36,031 nucleotides of DNA from a virus (lineage: Duplodnaviria; Heunggongvirae; Uroviricota; Caudoviricetes): the IMG/VR virus record IMGVR_UViG_2519103024_000004. One strand, written 5' to 3'. Every line of letters begins with the position of its first letter. Position 1 is the first letter of the stretch. This document shows positions 18,724 through 28,042 of this stretch, piece by piece. A program made the position numbers and the translations under genes. Below the pieces are notes generated by a model, which did no database searches, had not been told where the DNA came from, and saw only the letters and a program-made list of their open reading frames with translations.

Positions 18724-19861
18724 ATTCATTAATTTTCTTAAAGTATGAGTCTATTTTTTCAATTAATAAATTGATGCTTTTTATAAATTCTTTTGTTTCT
18801 TTCTCTGTTGGTTCATGTGATGTATGAGCTATTTTGTCACGTAATTCTTTCCTGTTTTTATTTGCATGTTGCCACTCAAGTGGCGCAATTTCGGGTACAG
18901 AGATGTTAAAGAGTTGTTTGAATAGTTTTTTACATCTATCATCGAACTTCCAGTTTTTATTTAATGTTTCTTTTGTCTGGCATTCATTGATACCATTGCG
19001 ATGAAAGGCATTAATAATTTTTCTGAGAATATAGCTTTCAAGGCCTGCTGATGCTTCAATTACGGCTGATCTAAATGCACCTTTATGAACAAGATTGTCT
19101 GCTCTAATCAATAATAGTTCAGGATGTTCATTGAATTCATTTGACATTAAACGTTTTTTGAAATTATCAATGAGACTTTCATCGTGTTTATACCAGCTTT
19201 CTCTCATTAATGGGGGGATTACTCCAACTAAAGGAATTGCACTTATCTTAATACCATCGCAATAATGCTCTTGTAACACTCCGTTGGTAAATCCTGAGCC
19301 AACTTGATAAAGAGATATCTCGTCTGCAAATTGATCTTTAAAGGCAACTCTATACTGTTTTATAAAGTGGTTTATTATTCCGATACATTCCTCTGATCTT
19401 TTAGGTGGAAATATCTCTCTAGCAGTTTTTATTTTTCTCTCTAACTCTATTTTTTTATCTATATCTTGCTGGCTCATTTTGGATAGGAGCATCTCAGCAT
19501 CTTCCACAGATGGGAAGTTATCTTCTTTCCTTATTTGGTTTCTTATAGAGTTGATTAGTTCTTCATGTGATATTTCTAAAAGGTCAAAACATTCCCAATA
19601 GTTGGCGAGAGAAATAATAGTCCGGCATTTCATTATCCCTCTTTCATTTGTGTGATGTGGTAGTAGTTGTTCTCTGGTACCGATTAATAGGGTTTGAGGG
19701 AATAAGCTTGCATCTTTAAATAGTGCATAGTAATCGTTGTGAACTGTTAAGCGTAAATGGTTATTTTCATATAGAAAATCATAATCACCATCTGGAATAT
19801 TGAGGACATAAGGCAACTCGACCAAGTAACGTGCAGCAAAGATCATTTCAGTCATCTTCAT
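18701..19861 (-). CDS. hypothetical 386-393-aa protein (AT-rich cargo at the S/V junction); possible HEPN-like Rx4H motif near the C-terminus
   Basis: long minus-strand ORF in a ~1.2-kb AT-rich island inside a GC-richer tail operon; likely ATG at 19859-19861 (the track's upstream start is TTG); RDKIAH fits Rx4-6H. Confidence 0.6.
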   Translation of the reverse strand: MKMTEMIFAARYLVELPYVLNIPDGDYDFLYENNHLRLTVHNDYYALFKDASLFPQTLLIGTREQLLPHHTNERGIMKCRTIISLANYWECFDLLEISHEELINSIRNQIRKEDNFPSVEDAEMLLSKMSQQDIDKKIELERKIKTAREIFPPKRSEECIGIINHFIKQYRVAFKDQFADEISLYQVGSGFTNGVLQEHYCDGIKISAIPLVGVIPPLMRESWYKHDESLIDNFKKRLMSNEFNEHPELLLIRADNLVHKGAFRSAVIEASAGLESYILRKIINAFHRNGINECQTKETLNKNWKFDDRCKKLFKQLFNISVPEIAPLEWQHANKNRKELRDKIAHTSHEPTEKETKEFIKSINLLIEKIDSYFKKINESNESKNL

Positions 19862-19874
19862 ATGAGAATTCAAT

Positions 19875-19892
19875 TGTGCCAAAAATCATACA
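19875..19892. promoter_or_regulatory. late-promoter activator site candidate (TGT-N12-ACA) upstream of V
   Basis: TGTGCCAAAAATCATACA immediately upstream of V; lies in the divergent region shared with the cargo gene. Confidence 0.4.
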
Positions 19893-19937
19893 CTGCCACA
19901 ACGATGAAAAAAAATCTTGCTTTGCAACTATAGAAGG

Positions 19938-20516
19938 ATGAATGCACAACTAACCGAAATCATGCGCCTTATCACCAACCTGATCCGCACTGGTGTAGTC
20001 ACCGAAGTGGACAGGGAAAACTGGCTTTGCAGGGTGAAAACGGGCGAGCTTGAAACCAACTGGATCAGCTGGCTGACGCTACGTGCCGGAAATGCCCGGA
20101 CATGGTGGCGACCATCGGAAGGTGAGCAGGTGGTGCTGCTGAGTCTGGGCGGCAATCTGGAGACCGCCTTTGCGCTGCCCGCTGTCTATTCGAATCAGTT
20201 CGCACCACCGTCGACGTCGGCGGACGCCTGCGTGACAGAACATCCTGACGGTGGCTGGTTTGAATACGAACCCGCCACCGGGCGCTGGTATGTCAGGGGC
20301 ATCAAATCAATGGTCATTGAGGCCGCTGACAACATCACCCTGAAAACCAGTGAGTTTGTACTGGAGGCTGACCGCACGCGCATTAACAGTGAAGTGGTGA
20401 TCAATGGTGGAGTTACCCAGGGCGGCGGAGCGATGAGTTCTAACGGGATCGTGGTTGATGCGCATCAGCATACTGGCGTCCTGAAAGGCGGCGATACAAC
20501 CGGAGGCCCGGTATGA
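19938..20516 (+). CDS. V: baseplate spike protein (P2 gpV-like)
   Basis: MNAQLTEIMRLITNLIRTGVV... start and overall pattern resemble P2 V as I recall it; ATG at 19938 (the track start 19917 is TTG). Confidence 0.85.
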   Translation: MNAQLTEIMRLITNLIRTGVVTEVDRENWLCRVKTGELETNWISWLTLRAGNARTWWRPSEGEQVVLLSLGGNLETAFALPAVYSNQFAPPSTSADACVTEHPDGGWFEYEPATGRWYVRGIKSMVIEAADNITLKTSEFVLEADRTRINSEVVINGGVTQGGGAMSSNGIVVDAHQHTGVLKGGDTTGGPV

Positions 20517-20872
20517 CGCTTTATAGTGGGATGAACAATACCAGCGGCAAAGCCATTACTGATATTGACCATCTGCGCCAGTCGGTGCGGGACATTCTGC
20601 TGACGCCGCAGGGTAGCCGCATTGCTCGCCGTGAATATGGTTCCCTGCTGTCGGCACTGATAGACCAGCCACAAAATCCGGCGTTACGCCTGCAGGTCAT
20701 GTCGGCAGTGTATGTGGCGCTGAGTCGCTGGGAGCCACGGCTGACGCTGGACTCCATTACCATTAACAGCAATTTTGACGGTTCAATGGTGGTGGGACTG
20801 ACTGGGCGGCGTAATAACGGTGTGCCTGTTTCCCTTTCCGTATCAACAGGAGCAGAGAATGGCAGTGATTGA
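20513..20872 (+). CDS. W: baseplate wedge protein (P2 gpW-like)
   Basis: 119-aa ORF overlapping the V stop; conserved order. Confidence 0.85.
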   Translation: MTLYSGMNNTSGKAITDIDHLRQSVRDILLTPQGSRIARREYGSLLSALIDQPQNPALRLQVMSAVYVALSRWEPRLTLDSITINSNFDGSMVVGLTGRRNNGVPVSLSVSTGAENGSD

Positions 20873-21767
20873 CCTTTCGCAGTTGCCTGCGCCGCAGATT
20901 GTCGATGTGCCGGACTTTGAGACGTTGCTTGCCGAACGCAAGGCCGAATTTGTTGCGCTTCATCCGAAAGATGAGCAGGAAGCAGTGATGCGTACGCTGG
21001 AACTGGAATCTGAACCCGTCACCAAATTGCTGCAGGAGAACGCTTACCGTGAGTTGCTTCTGCGCCAGCGCATTAACGAAGCCGCGCAGGCTGTGATGGT
21101 GGCTTACGCGATGGGCGGCGATCTTGACCATCTCGCTGCTAACTACAACGTGAAACGCCTGACGGTGACACCTGCTGATGATGACGCTGTACCGCCCGTT
21201 GCGGCTGTGATGGAAAGTGATGAAGCGTTACGCCTGCGTGTGCCTGCAGCCTTTGAAGGGCTTTCTGTTGCTGGGCCAACTGCCGCTTATGAGTTTCATG
21301 CACGAAGCGCCGACGGTCGGGTGGCGGATGCCAGTGCAACCAGTCCGGCACCTGCAGAGGTGGTGCTGACTGTCCTGAGCCGCGAAGGCGATGGAACAGC
21401 AGAAAAAGACCTGCTGGACGTGGTGGAAAAGGCTCTGAACAGTGAGAACGTCCGCCCGGTGGCTGACCGTCTGACGGTTCGCAGCGCAGAAATCATCCCG
21501 TACCGCGTGGAAGCTACCATTTTTCTCTATCCGGGACCGGAAGCAGAGCCGGTAATGGCAGCGGCAAAAGCCAGCCTGCAGAAGTACATCGCCAGTCAGA
21601 CGCGGCTTGGTCGGGATATTCGCCGTAGCGCCATCTTTGCCGCCCTGCATGTTGAGGGGGTGCAGCGTGTGGAACTGGCTTCGCCGCTGGCGGATGTGGT
21701 CCTGAACAAAACGCAGGCGGCATCATGTACGCAGTGGAGCGTAACCAACGGAGGAACGGATGAATAG
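20859..21767 (+). CDS. J: baseplate protein (P2 gpJ-like)
   Basis: ATG at 20859 with CAGGAGCAGAG ribosome-binding site; about 302 aa as P2 J. Confidence 0.85.
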   Translation: MAVIDLSQLPAPQIVDVPDFETLLAERKAEFVALHPKDEQEAVMRTLELESEPVTKLLQENAYRELLLRQRINEAAQAVMVAYAMGGDLDHLAANYNVKRLTVTPADDDAVPPVAAVMESDEALRLRVPAAFEGLSVAGPTAAYEFHARSADGRVADASATSPAPAEVVLTVLSREGDGTAEKDLLDVVEKALNSENVRPVADRLTVRSAEIIPYRVEATIFLYPGPEAEPVMAAAKASLQKYIASQTRLGRDIRRSAIFAALHVEGVQRVELASPLADVVLNKTQAASCTQWSVTNGGTDE

Positions 21768-22365
21768 TCTGCTGCCACCGGGTTCAACACCACTGGAGCG
21801 CCGATTGGCGCATACGTGCAGCGGGATTTCTGATCTGAAGGTGCCGCTGCGTGACTTGTGGAATCCGGCTACCTGTCCGGTCAGCTTCCTGCCTTATCTC
21901 GCCTGGGCGTTCTCTGTGGATCGCTGGGACGAGGGCTGGACAGAAAGCGTCAAACGCCAGGTGGTGAAGGATGCTTTTTATATTCATCAGCATAAAGGGA
22001 CCACCAGTGCCGTGCGGCGGGTGGTGGAGCCGTTCGGCTTTCTGATCCGCATTATTGAGTGGTGGCAGACCGGAGAAACACCGGGCACGTTTCGCCTGGA
22101 TATCGGCGTGCAGGACCAGGGCATCACTGAAGATACCTATCTGGAACTTGAGCGACTGATAAGCGATGCCAAACCATGTAGCCGCCACATGATCGGCATG
22201 TCCATCAATCTGCAGACCAGCGGCCCGCATTGGGTGGGAGCCGCCAGCTATCTTGGCGAAGAAATCACGATCTATCCGTATATCAACGGAACGATTATTT
22301 CCGGTGGCACCGCGCATGAAGGCGGGGCGGTCCATGTTATTGACACAATGAGAGTGAATCCATGA
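21760..22365 (+). CDS. I: baseplate/tail protein (P2 gpI-like)
   Basis: 201-aa ORF overlapping the J stop and H start. Confidence 0.8.
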   Translation: MNSLLPPGSTPLERRLAHTCSGISDLKVPLRDLWNPATCPVSFLPYLAWAFSVDRWDEGWTESVKRQVVKDAFYIHQHKGTTSAVRRVVEPFGFLIRIIEWWQTGETPGTFRLDIGVQDQGITEDTYLELERLISDAKPCSRHMIGMSINLQTSGPHWVGAASYLGEEITIYPYINGTIISGGTAHEGGAVHVIDTMRVNP

Positions 22366-24146
22366 GCACAAAATTTTATACCCTGCTGACGGATATTGGC
22401 GCGGCGAAACTTGCCAGCGCCGCCGCGCTCGGTGTGCCGCTAAAAATTACCCATATGGCGGTGGGCGATGGCGGCGGAGTATTGCCAACGCCGGACGCAA
22501 AGCAGACGGCACTGGTAAATGAGAAACGCCGGGCTGCGCTGAATATGCTTTATATCGACCCGCAGAACAGCAGCCAGATTATTGCTGAACAGGTGATCCC
22601 TGAAAACGAGGGCGGTTGGTGGATACGTGAAGTGGGCCTGTTTGATGAGTCCGGGGCATTGATTGCCGTGGGCAACTGCCCGGAAAGCTATAAGCCGCAA
22701 CTGGCTGAAGGCAGCGGGCGCACCCAGACCGTGCGCATGGTGCTGATTACCAGCAGTACGGACAATATCACCCTGAAAATCGACCCTGCTGTAGTGCTGG
22801 CAACCCGTAAATACGTGGATGATGAAGTCCTGGAATTAAAGCTGTATGTGGATGACCAGATGAGAAACCACATTGCCGCACAAGATCCTCATACCCAGTA
22901 TGCGCAGAAACATAATCCGACATTTACCGGAGAACCAAAAGCGCCGACGCCTGCAGCAGGAAATAACACCACGCGGATTGCGACCACTGAGTTTGTTCAG
23001 GCCGCTATTACTGCTCTGATTAACGGTGCGCCAGCCACGCTGGACACACTGAAAGAAATTGCCGCAGCCATTAACAATGACCCGAAATTCAGTACCACCA
23101 TTAACAATGCGCTGGCACTAAAAGCACCGCTGTCGAGTCCGGCACTCACCGGAACGCCAACAGCACCTACTGCGGCACAGTCGGTCAACAATACACAGAT
23201 TGCCACTACAGCTTTTGTGAAATCAGCGATTGCAGCAATGGTGGGTTCTGCACCCGCGGCACTGGATACACTGAACGAACTGGCGGCGGCACTGGGGAAT
23301 GATCCGAACTTTGCCACGACAATGCTTAATGCGCTGGCAGGTAAACAACCGCTGGACAATACGCTTACCAATTTGAGTGGAAAGGATGTAGCTGGTCTTC
23401 TCGCATACCTTGGTTTGGGAGAAGGCTCTGCATTACCTGTTGGTGTGCCTGTTCCGTGGCCCTCCGCAACCCCGCCAACGGGCTGGCTGAAATGCAACGG
23501 CGCTGCCTTTGATAAGGTGAAATATCCCCATCTTGCTACAGCATATCCATCAGGGAAACTACCTGATCTCCGTGGTGAGTTTATTCGTGGATGGGATGAC
23601 GGGCGTGGTATTGATGCAGGACGTGCTTTATTGAGCATTCAGACTGGGATGCTGGAAAAACACCGCCATATTGTTGTTGCCAACGATGGGTATGATTCAA
23701 AAGAGGAATGGGAACTGGCGACAATCTTCAGAAGAGCATATACGCAAGGCCGGGGCTTGATGCTGCCGATGCCNNNNNNNNNNNNNNNNNNNNTTGGTTT
23801 GGGAGAAGCGGCAAAAAAGAATGTGGGGACAGGGACGAATCAGATACCTGATATGGGTAGCTTCACGCTTTCTGTTTCAGGTACTGGATATCAAAAATTA
23901 CCATCTGGTTTTATTCTTCAGTGGGGCTCAATCGGCGCACCAGGCATTGCACAGGATGTGGTAACCCATTTTCCGATTGCATTTCCAAACCGATGTCTGC
24001 GTGTTTTGGTCTCACAAGACTACACACCAGATAGCGGGGCTGTTGGTTATATTGCCTGTGCAGGTTTTAGTCCCGACCCGGTTAAATTTATATCCAGAGC
24101 CAGTACTCCTGGCCTCGGCGCTTCATTTTTAGCGTTAGGCTGTTAA
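22362..24146 (+). CDS. H: tail fibre protein (P2 gpH-like); assembled ORF spans a 20-N gap, so the C-terminal part is uncertain
   Basis: Ala/Thr-rich repeats, then a tail-collar-type receptor-binding segment ([18 protein letters not shown]...[17 protein letters not shown]); Ns at 23774-23793. Confidence 0.7.
   Translation: MSTKFYTLLTDIGAAKLASAAALGVPLKITHMAVGDGGGVLPTPDAKQTALVNEKRRAALNMLYIDPQNSSQIIAEQVIPENEGGWWIREVGLFDESGALIAVGNCPESYKPQLAEGSGRTQTVRMVLITSSTDNITLKIDPAVVLATRKYVDDEVLELKLYVDDQMRNHIAAQDPHTQYAQKHNPTFTGEPKAPTPAAGNNTTRIATTEFVQAAITALINGAPATLDTLKEIAAAINNDPKFSTTINNALALKAPLSSPALTGTPTAPTAAQSVNNTQIATTAFVKSAIAAMVGSAPAALDTLNELAAALGNDPNFATTMLNALAGKQPLDNTLTNLSGKDVAGLLAYLGLGEGSALPVGVPVPWPSATPPTGWLKCNGAAFDKVKYPHLATAYPSGKLPDLRGEFIRGWDDGRGIDAGRALLSIQTGMLEKHRHIVVANDGYDSKEEWELATIFRRAYTQGRGLMLPMXXXXXXXXGLGEAAKKNVGTGTNQIPDMGSFTLSVSGTGYQKLPSGFILQWGSIGAPGIAQDVVTHFPIAFPNRCLRVLVSQDYTPDSGAVGYIACAGFSPDPVKFISRASTPGLGASFLALGC
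23410..23773 (+). repeat. copy A of the tail-fibre variable segment (plus orientation), truncated by the N gap
   Basis: reverse complement of 25289-25652, including the first codons of the alternative tip; differs by a one-base G-run length (G4 at 23752-23755 versus C5 at 25317-25321). Confidence 0.6.
23774..23793. other. assembly gap (20 N)
   Basis: run of n characters in the sequence. Confidence 0.99.
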
Positions 24147-24167
24147 TTTAGCTATATGGAGTGAAAA

Positions 24168-24608
24168 ATGAATTACATATATTCCGCGACTACAAACTCT
24201 TTCTATCCGCTGGAGATGAAAGAGGATTACACTCAAGCTGACTCATGGCCAGATGATGCTGTTGAAGTTGATGAGCAAGTGTATATTGAGTTTTCCGGAT
24301 TACCGCCGGAAGGAAAAATCCGTATCGCTGGAGAAAATGGTTTTCCTGCATGGTCTGAAATTCCACCACCAACACATGAGGAACAGATTGCTGCAGCCGA
24401 ACTGGAAAAGCAGCAACTGATTAATCAGGCCAACGATTATATGAACAGTAAACAATGGCCTGGTAAAGCGGCTATTGGTCGTCTGAAAGGTGAGGAACTG
24501 GCGCAATATAATCTGTGGCTGGATTATCTGGACGCACTGGAGCTGGTCGATACTTCCAGTGCGCCAGATATTGAATGGCCTACGCCTCCGGCAGTTCAGG
24601 CCAGATGA
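24168..24608 (+). CDS. tail fibre assembly chaperone
   Basis: 146-aa ORF directly after the fibre gene; C-terminal ...LDYLDALELVDTSSAPDIEWPTPP typical of Tfa proteins. Confidence 0.75.
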   Translation: MNYIYSATTNSFYPLEMKEDYTQADSWPDDAVEVDEQVYIEFSGLPPEGKIRIAGENGFPAWSEIPPPTHEEQIAAAELEKQQLINQANDYMNSKQWPGKAAIGRLKGEELAQYNLWLDYLDALELVDTSSAPDIEWPTPPAVQAR

Positions 24609-25182
24609 CATCCGGCGCGGTGCTGGTATCTGTTGCCGTCACCGCGTCAATGTAATCCAGCACAGCGTTAAGCCGGGTTGTTTCTGCCTGCGTCAGTTTC
24701 CGCCCGGCCTGTAATTTCAGCTGAATCAGACTAATGGAAGCCATTGCTGCATCAATCAGTGACTGGCGCTGTGCTTCTGCCGCTTCTACTGCGGCACCGT
24801 GTTGTGCCTCAGAATCTGTCACCCATTTCTCACCATCCCATTTATCATATGGCGTTAACGGGACGATAGTGGTTGTATTTTCAGGGTAATCACCCGGAGC
24901 TGTGATTTCTTTTGCTTCTCCTGTTTCGGTGCTATAGATAATTTCACCGCGATGGTCTGGCATATATTCCCATGAGTTTAAATCTACTGAACGGCAGATT
25001 GCATAACCAGCCTTATATGTGCCAGGAGCATCTAAACAGGAATATGCCGGGATACCGACACCAACGGCAAGATATTCATTTGAAGTGGAAATATATTCCC
25101 GTGTTTCACCATCATAGTTATAGACGGTAATATTCCCCGCCTTCGTGGCAATAAGTTCGCTATTTAATACGGCTTTATCCAT
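24580..25182 (-). CDS. alternative tail fibre assembly chaperone (inverted orientation)
   Basis: 200-aa ORF convergent with the other Tfa gene; C-terminal ...LDYIDAVTATDTSTAPDVIWPELP. Confidence 0.75.
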   Translation of the reverse strand: MDKAVLNSELIATKAGNITVYNYDGETREYISTSNEYLAVGVGIPAYSCLDAPGTYKAGYAICRSVDLNSWEYMPDHRGEIIYSTETGEAKEITAPGDYPENTTTIVPLTPYDKWDGEKWVTDSEAQHGAAVEAAEAQRQSLIDAAMASISLIQLKLQAGRKLTQAETTRLNAVLDYIDAVTATDTSTAPDVIWPELPEA

Positions 25183-25628
25183 TATGCAGCTCTCACGATA
25201 TAGTTAAATGCAATATTTCGTGGACGGGTTTCGCTCCCACCTGTGTTACCAATACTCCCTCGTGTATGTAGCGTTGGTGATGGAATCAGAGTTCCTCCGG
25301 CATCGGCAGCATCAAGCCCCCGGCCTTGCGTATATGCTCTTCTGAAGATTGTCGCCAGTTCCCATTCCTCTTTTGAATCATACCCATCGTTGGCAACAAC
25401 AATATGGCGGTGTTTTTCCAGCATCCCAGTCTGAATGCTCAATAAAGCACGTCCTGCATCAATACCACGCCCGTCATCCCATCCACGAATAAACTCACCA
25501 CGGAGATCAGGTAGTTTCCCTGATGGATATGCTGTAGCAAGATGGGGATATTTCACCTTATCAAAGGCAGCGCCGTTGCATTTCAGCCAGCCCGTTGGCG
25601 GGGTTGCGGAGGGCCACGGAACAGGCAC
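25182..25628 (-). CDS. alternative tail-fibre C-terminal (receptor-binding) segment, promoterless in this orientation
   Basis: 148-aa ORF with the same tail-collar motif as in H but a different tip (...DAADAGGTLIPS...NYIVRAA); arrangement as in Mu G / P1 C segments. Confidence 0.6.
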   Translation of the reverse strand: MPVPWPSATPPTGWLKCNGAAFDKVKYPHLATAYPSGKLPDLRGEFIRGWDDGRGIDAGRALLSIQTGMLEKHRHIVVANDGYDSKEEWELATIFRRAYTQGRGLDAADAGGTLIPSPTLHTRGSIGNTGGSETRPRNIAFNYIVRAA

Positions 25629-25652
25629 ACCAACAGGTAATGCAGAGCCTTC

Positions 25653-25672
25653 NNNNNNNNNNNNNNNNNNNN
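25653..25672. other. assembly gap (20 N)
   Basis: run of n characters in the sequence. Confidence 0.99.
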
Positions 25673-26084
25673 TCCCTCGTGTTATGTAGCGTTGTGATGG
25701 AATCAGAGTTCCTCCGGCACTCGGCTAGCATCCAAGCCCCCGGCCTTGCGTATATGCTCTTCTGAAGATTGTCGCCAGTTCCCATTCCTCTTTTTGAATC
25801 ATACCCATCGTTGGCAACAACAATATGGCGGTGTTTTTCCAGCATCCCAGTCTGAATGCTCAATAAAGCACGTCCTGCATCAATACCACGCCCGTCATCC
25901 CATCCACGAATAAACTCACCACGGAGATCAGGTAGTTTCCCTGATGGATATGCTGTAGCAAGATGGGGATATTTCACCTTATCAAAGGCAGCGCCGTTGC
26001 ATTTCAGCCAGCCCGTTGGCGGGGTTGCGGAGGGCCACGGAACAGGCACACCAACAGGTAATGCAGAGCCTTCTCCCAAACCAA
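25673..26084 (-). repeat. copy C of the tail-collar segment with small indels; likely assembly artefact or degenerate duplicate
   Basis: near-identical to 25243-25652 but with scattered single-base insertions and deletions; the track ORF 25561-26124 spanning the gap is chimeric. Confidence 0.45.
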
Positions 26085-26096
26085 CGTTTAAGAAAA
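26071..26096. promoter_or_regulatory. candidate invertase crossover site (gix/hix-like)
   Basis: TTCTCCCAAACCAACGTTTAAGAAAA matches about 19 of 26 positions of the hix/gix core as I recall it; its half-site TTGGTTTGGGAGAA recurs inverted at 23410 and after the N gap at 23794. Confidence 0.3.
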
Positions 26097-26145
26097 TGCA
26101 GAGGTAACAGCTAACTGGCATCATCTCCGGTTTTTATTCAGGGGG

Positions 26146-26718
26146 ATGATAATGCTTATTGGCTATGTACGCGTGTCAACAAATGACCAGAACACCGATT
26201 TGCAACGTAATGCACTGAACTGCGCGGGATGTGAGCGGATTTTTGAGGACAAAATCAGTGGTACTAAGTCCGACAGACCGGGGCTGAAAAAACTACTCAG
26301 GACACTATCGGCAGGAGACACGCTGGTTGTCTGGAAGCTGGACAGGTTGGGACGCAGTATGCGGCATCTTGTTACGCTGATAGAAGAGTTGCGCCAGCGT
26401 GGCGTGAATTTCCGAAGCCTGACTGACAGTATTGATACCAGTACCCCAATGGGCCGTTTCTTTTTTCATGTCATGGGTGCCCTGGCTGAAATGGAACGCG
26501 AACTGATAGTTGAACGTACCAGGGCGGGGATTGCTGCAGCTCGCGACAAAGGCAGAGTAGGTGGACGCCGTCCTAAGTTGACCACCGAACAGTGGGCACA
26601 GATTGGACGTTTACTAGAGGCCGGAGAATCAAGACAGCGTATTGCACTGATTTTTGATGTGGGCGTTTCTACCATTTATAGAAAATTTCCGGCAAATAAG
26701 AGCAGTGAATCCCCCTGA
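26146..26718 (+). CDS. serine recombinase, DNA invertase (Gin/Hin/Pin/Cin family)
   Basis: 190-aa ORF starting MLIGYVRVSTNDQ... with catalytic-Ser context and C-terminal HTH; adjacent to the inverted fibre segments. Confidence 0.9.
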   Translation: MIMLIGYVRVSTNDQNTDLQRNALNCAGCERIFEDKISGTKSDRPGLKKLLRTLSAGDTLVVWKLDRLGRSMRHLVTLIEELRQRGVNFRSLTDSIDTSTPMGRFFFHVMGALAEMERELIVERTRAGIAAARDKGRVGGRRPKLTTEQWAQIGRLLEAGESRQRIALIFDVGVSTIYRKFPANKSSESP

Positions 26719-26766
26719 ATCAGCATAATTTTGATTATCCCTGCAAGCAGACAAATACCGTCATTT

Positions 26767-26784
26767 TGTGTGAATAACTGTACA
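26767..26784. promoter_or_regulatory. late-promoter activator site candidate (TGT-N12-ACA) upstream of FI
   Basis: TGTGTGAATAACTGTACA centred about 85 bp upstream of the sheath gene start. Confidence 0.4.
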
Positions 26785-26860
26785 ACTACACTTAGCTGTT
26801 TGTCGGGCACAATCACTTCAACATAGGGCGAAGCCTAATCCAATCAGGAGGTTCGCCGCT

Positions 26861-28033
26861 ATGGCTCAGGATTACCACCACGGGGTGCGCGTTGTTGAAA
26901 TCAACGAAGGCACCCGATCCATTACCACGGTGAGCACCGCCATCGTGGGTATGGTCTGCACGGGCGATGATGCCGATGCAAAAATGTTTCCTCTTAATAA
27001 ACCCGTGCTGATCACTGATGTGCTGACTGCCAGCGGTAAAGCGGGTGGGTCCGGCACGCTGGCCCGTTCGCTGGATGCCATCGCTGACCAGGCAAAACCC
27101 GTGACCGTTGTTGTGCGTGTGCCGCAGGGTGAAACGGAAGAAGAAACCACGACCAATATCATCGGCGCAGTGACTGCTGAAGGTAAAAAAACAGGCATGA
27201 AAGCCCTGTTATCTGCCCAGACACAGCTCGGCGTTAAACCGCGCATTCTCGGCGTGCCAGGTCACGATAACAAAGCCGTTGCTACTGAGTTGCTGAGTGT
27301 GGCGCAAAGCCTGCGTGGGTTTGCTTACCTGTCAGCGTATGGCTGCAAGACGGTGCAGGAGGCGATCACTTACCGTGAAAACTTCAGCCAGCGCGAAGGA
27401 ATGCTGATCTGGCCCGACTTTACTGGCTGGGATACGGTGCTGAATGCCGAAGCAACGGCATATGCCACCGCCCGTGCGCTTGGTCTGCGTGCCAAAATTG
27501 ATGAGCAGACTGGGTGGCACAAAAGCCTGTCCAACGTGGGCGTGAACGGTGTCACCGGAATTTCTGCAGATGTGTTCTGGGATCTGCAGGACCCGGCAAC
27601 CGATGCAGGTCTGCTGAACCAGAACGACGTCACCACGCTTGTGCGTAAAGACGGTTTCCGCTTCTGGGGTTCCCGCTGCCTGAGTGATGACCCGCTCTTT
27701 GCCTTCGAAAACTACACCCGCACGGCGCAGGTGCTGACGGACACAATGGCAGAAGCGCACATGTGGGCAGTGGACAAACCGCTGAACCCGTCGCTGGCGC
27801 GCGACATTATCGAGGGCATCCGCGCCAAAATGCGCAGCCTGGTCAGTCAGGGGTATCTCATTGGTGGTGATTGCTGGCTGGACGAGTCGGTGAACGACAA
27901 AGACACTCTGAAAGCCGGAAAACTCACCATCGACTACGATTACACGCCAGTGCCGCCACTTGAAAATCTGATGCTGCGCCAGCGCATCACCGATCAGTAC
28001 CTGGTGAATTTCGCCAGCCAGGTCAGCGCGTAA
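26861..28033 (+). CDS. FI: contractile tail sheath protein (P2 gpFI-like)
   Basis: 390-aa ORF with GGAGG ribosome-binding site; size and position as P2 FI. Confidence 0.9.
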   Translation: MAQDYHHGVRVVEINEGTRSITTVSTAIVGMVCTGDDADAKMFPLNKPVLITDVLTASGKAGGSGTLARSLDAIADQAKPVTVVVRVPQGETEEETTTNIIGAVTAEGKKTGMKALLSAQTQLGVKPRILGVPGHDNKAVATELLSVAQSLRGFAYLSAYGCKTVQEAITYRENFSQREGMLIWPDFTGWDTVLNAEATAYATARALGLRAKIDEQTGWHKSLSNVGVNGVTGISADVFWDLQDPATDAGLLNQNDVTTLVRKDGFRFWGSRCLSDDPLFAFENYTRTAQVLTDTMAEAHMWAVDKPLNPSLARDIIEGIRAKMRSLVSQGYLIGGDCWLDESVNDKDTLKAGKLTIDYDYTPVPPLENLMLRQRITDQYLVNFASQVSA

Positions 28034-28042
28034 GGGGACAAC

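Noticed and set aside
23410-26090. Diversity-generating retroelement or CRISPR-like array as explanation for the repeated fibre segments
   Set aside because: No reverse transcriptase gene and no short regularly spaced direct repeats; the repeats are long, inverted, and next to a serine invertase, which fits an inversion switch
25561-26124. 187-aa minus-strand ORF spanning the second N gap
   Set aside because: Its translation crosses the 20-N scaffold gap and indel-bearing repeat copy C, so it is a chimeric artefact rather than a gene
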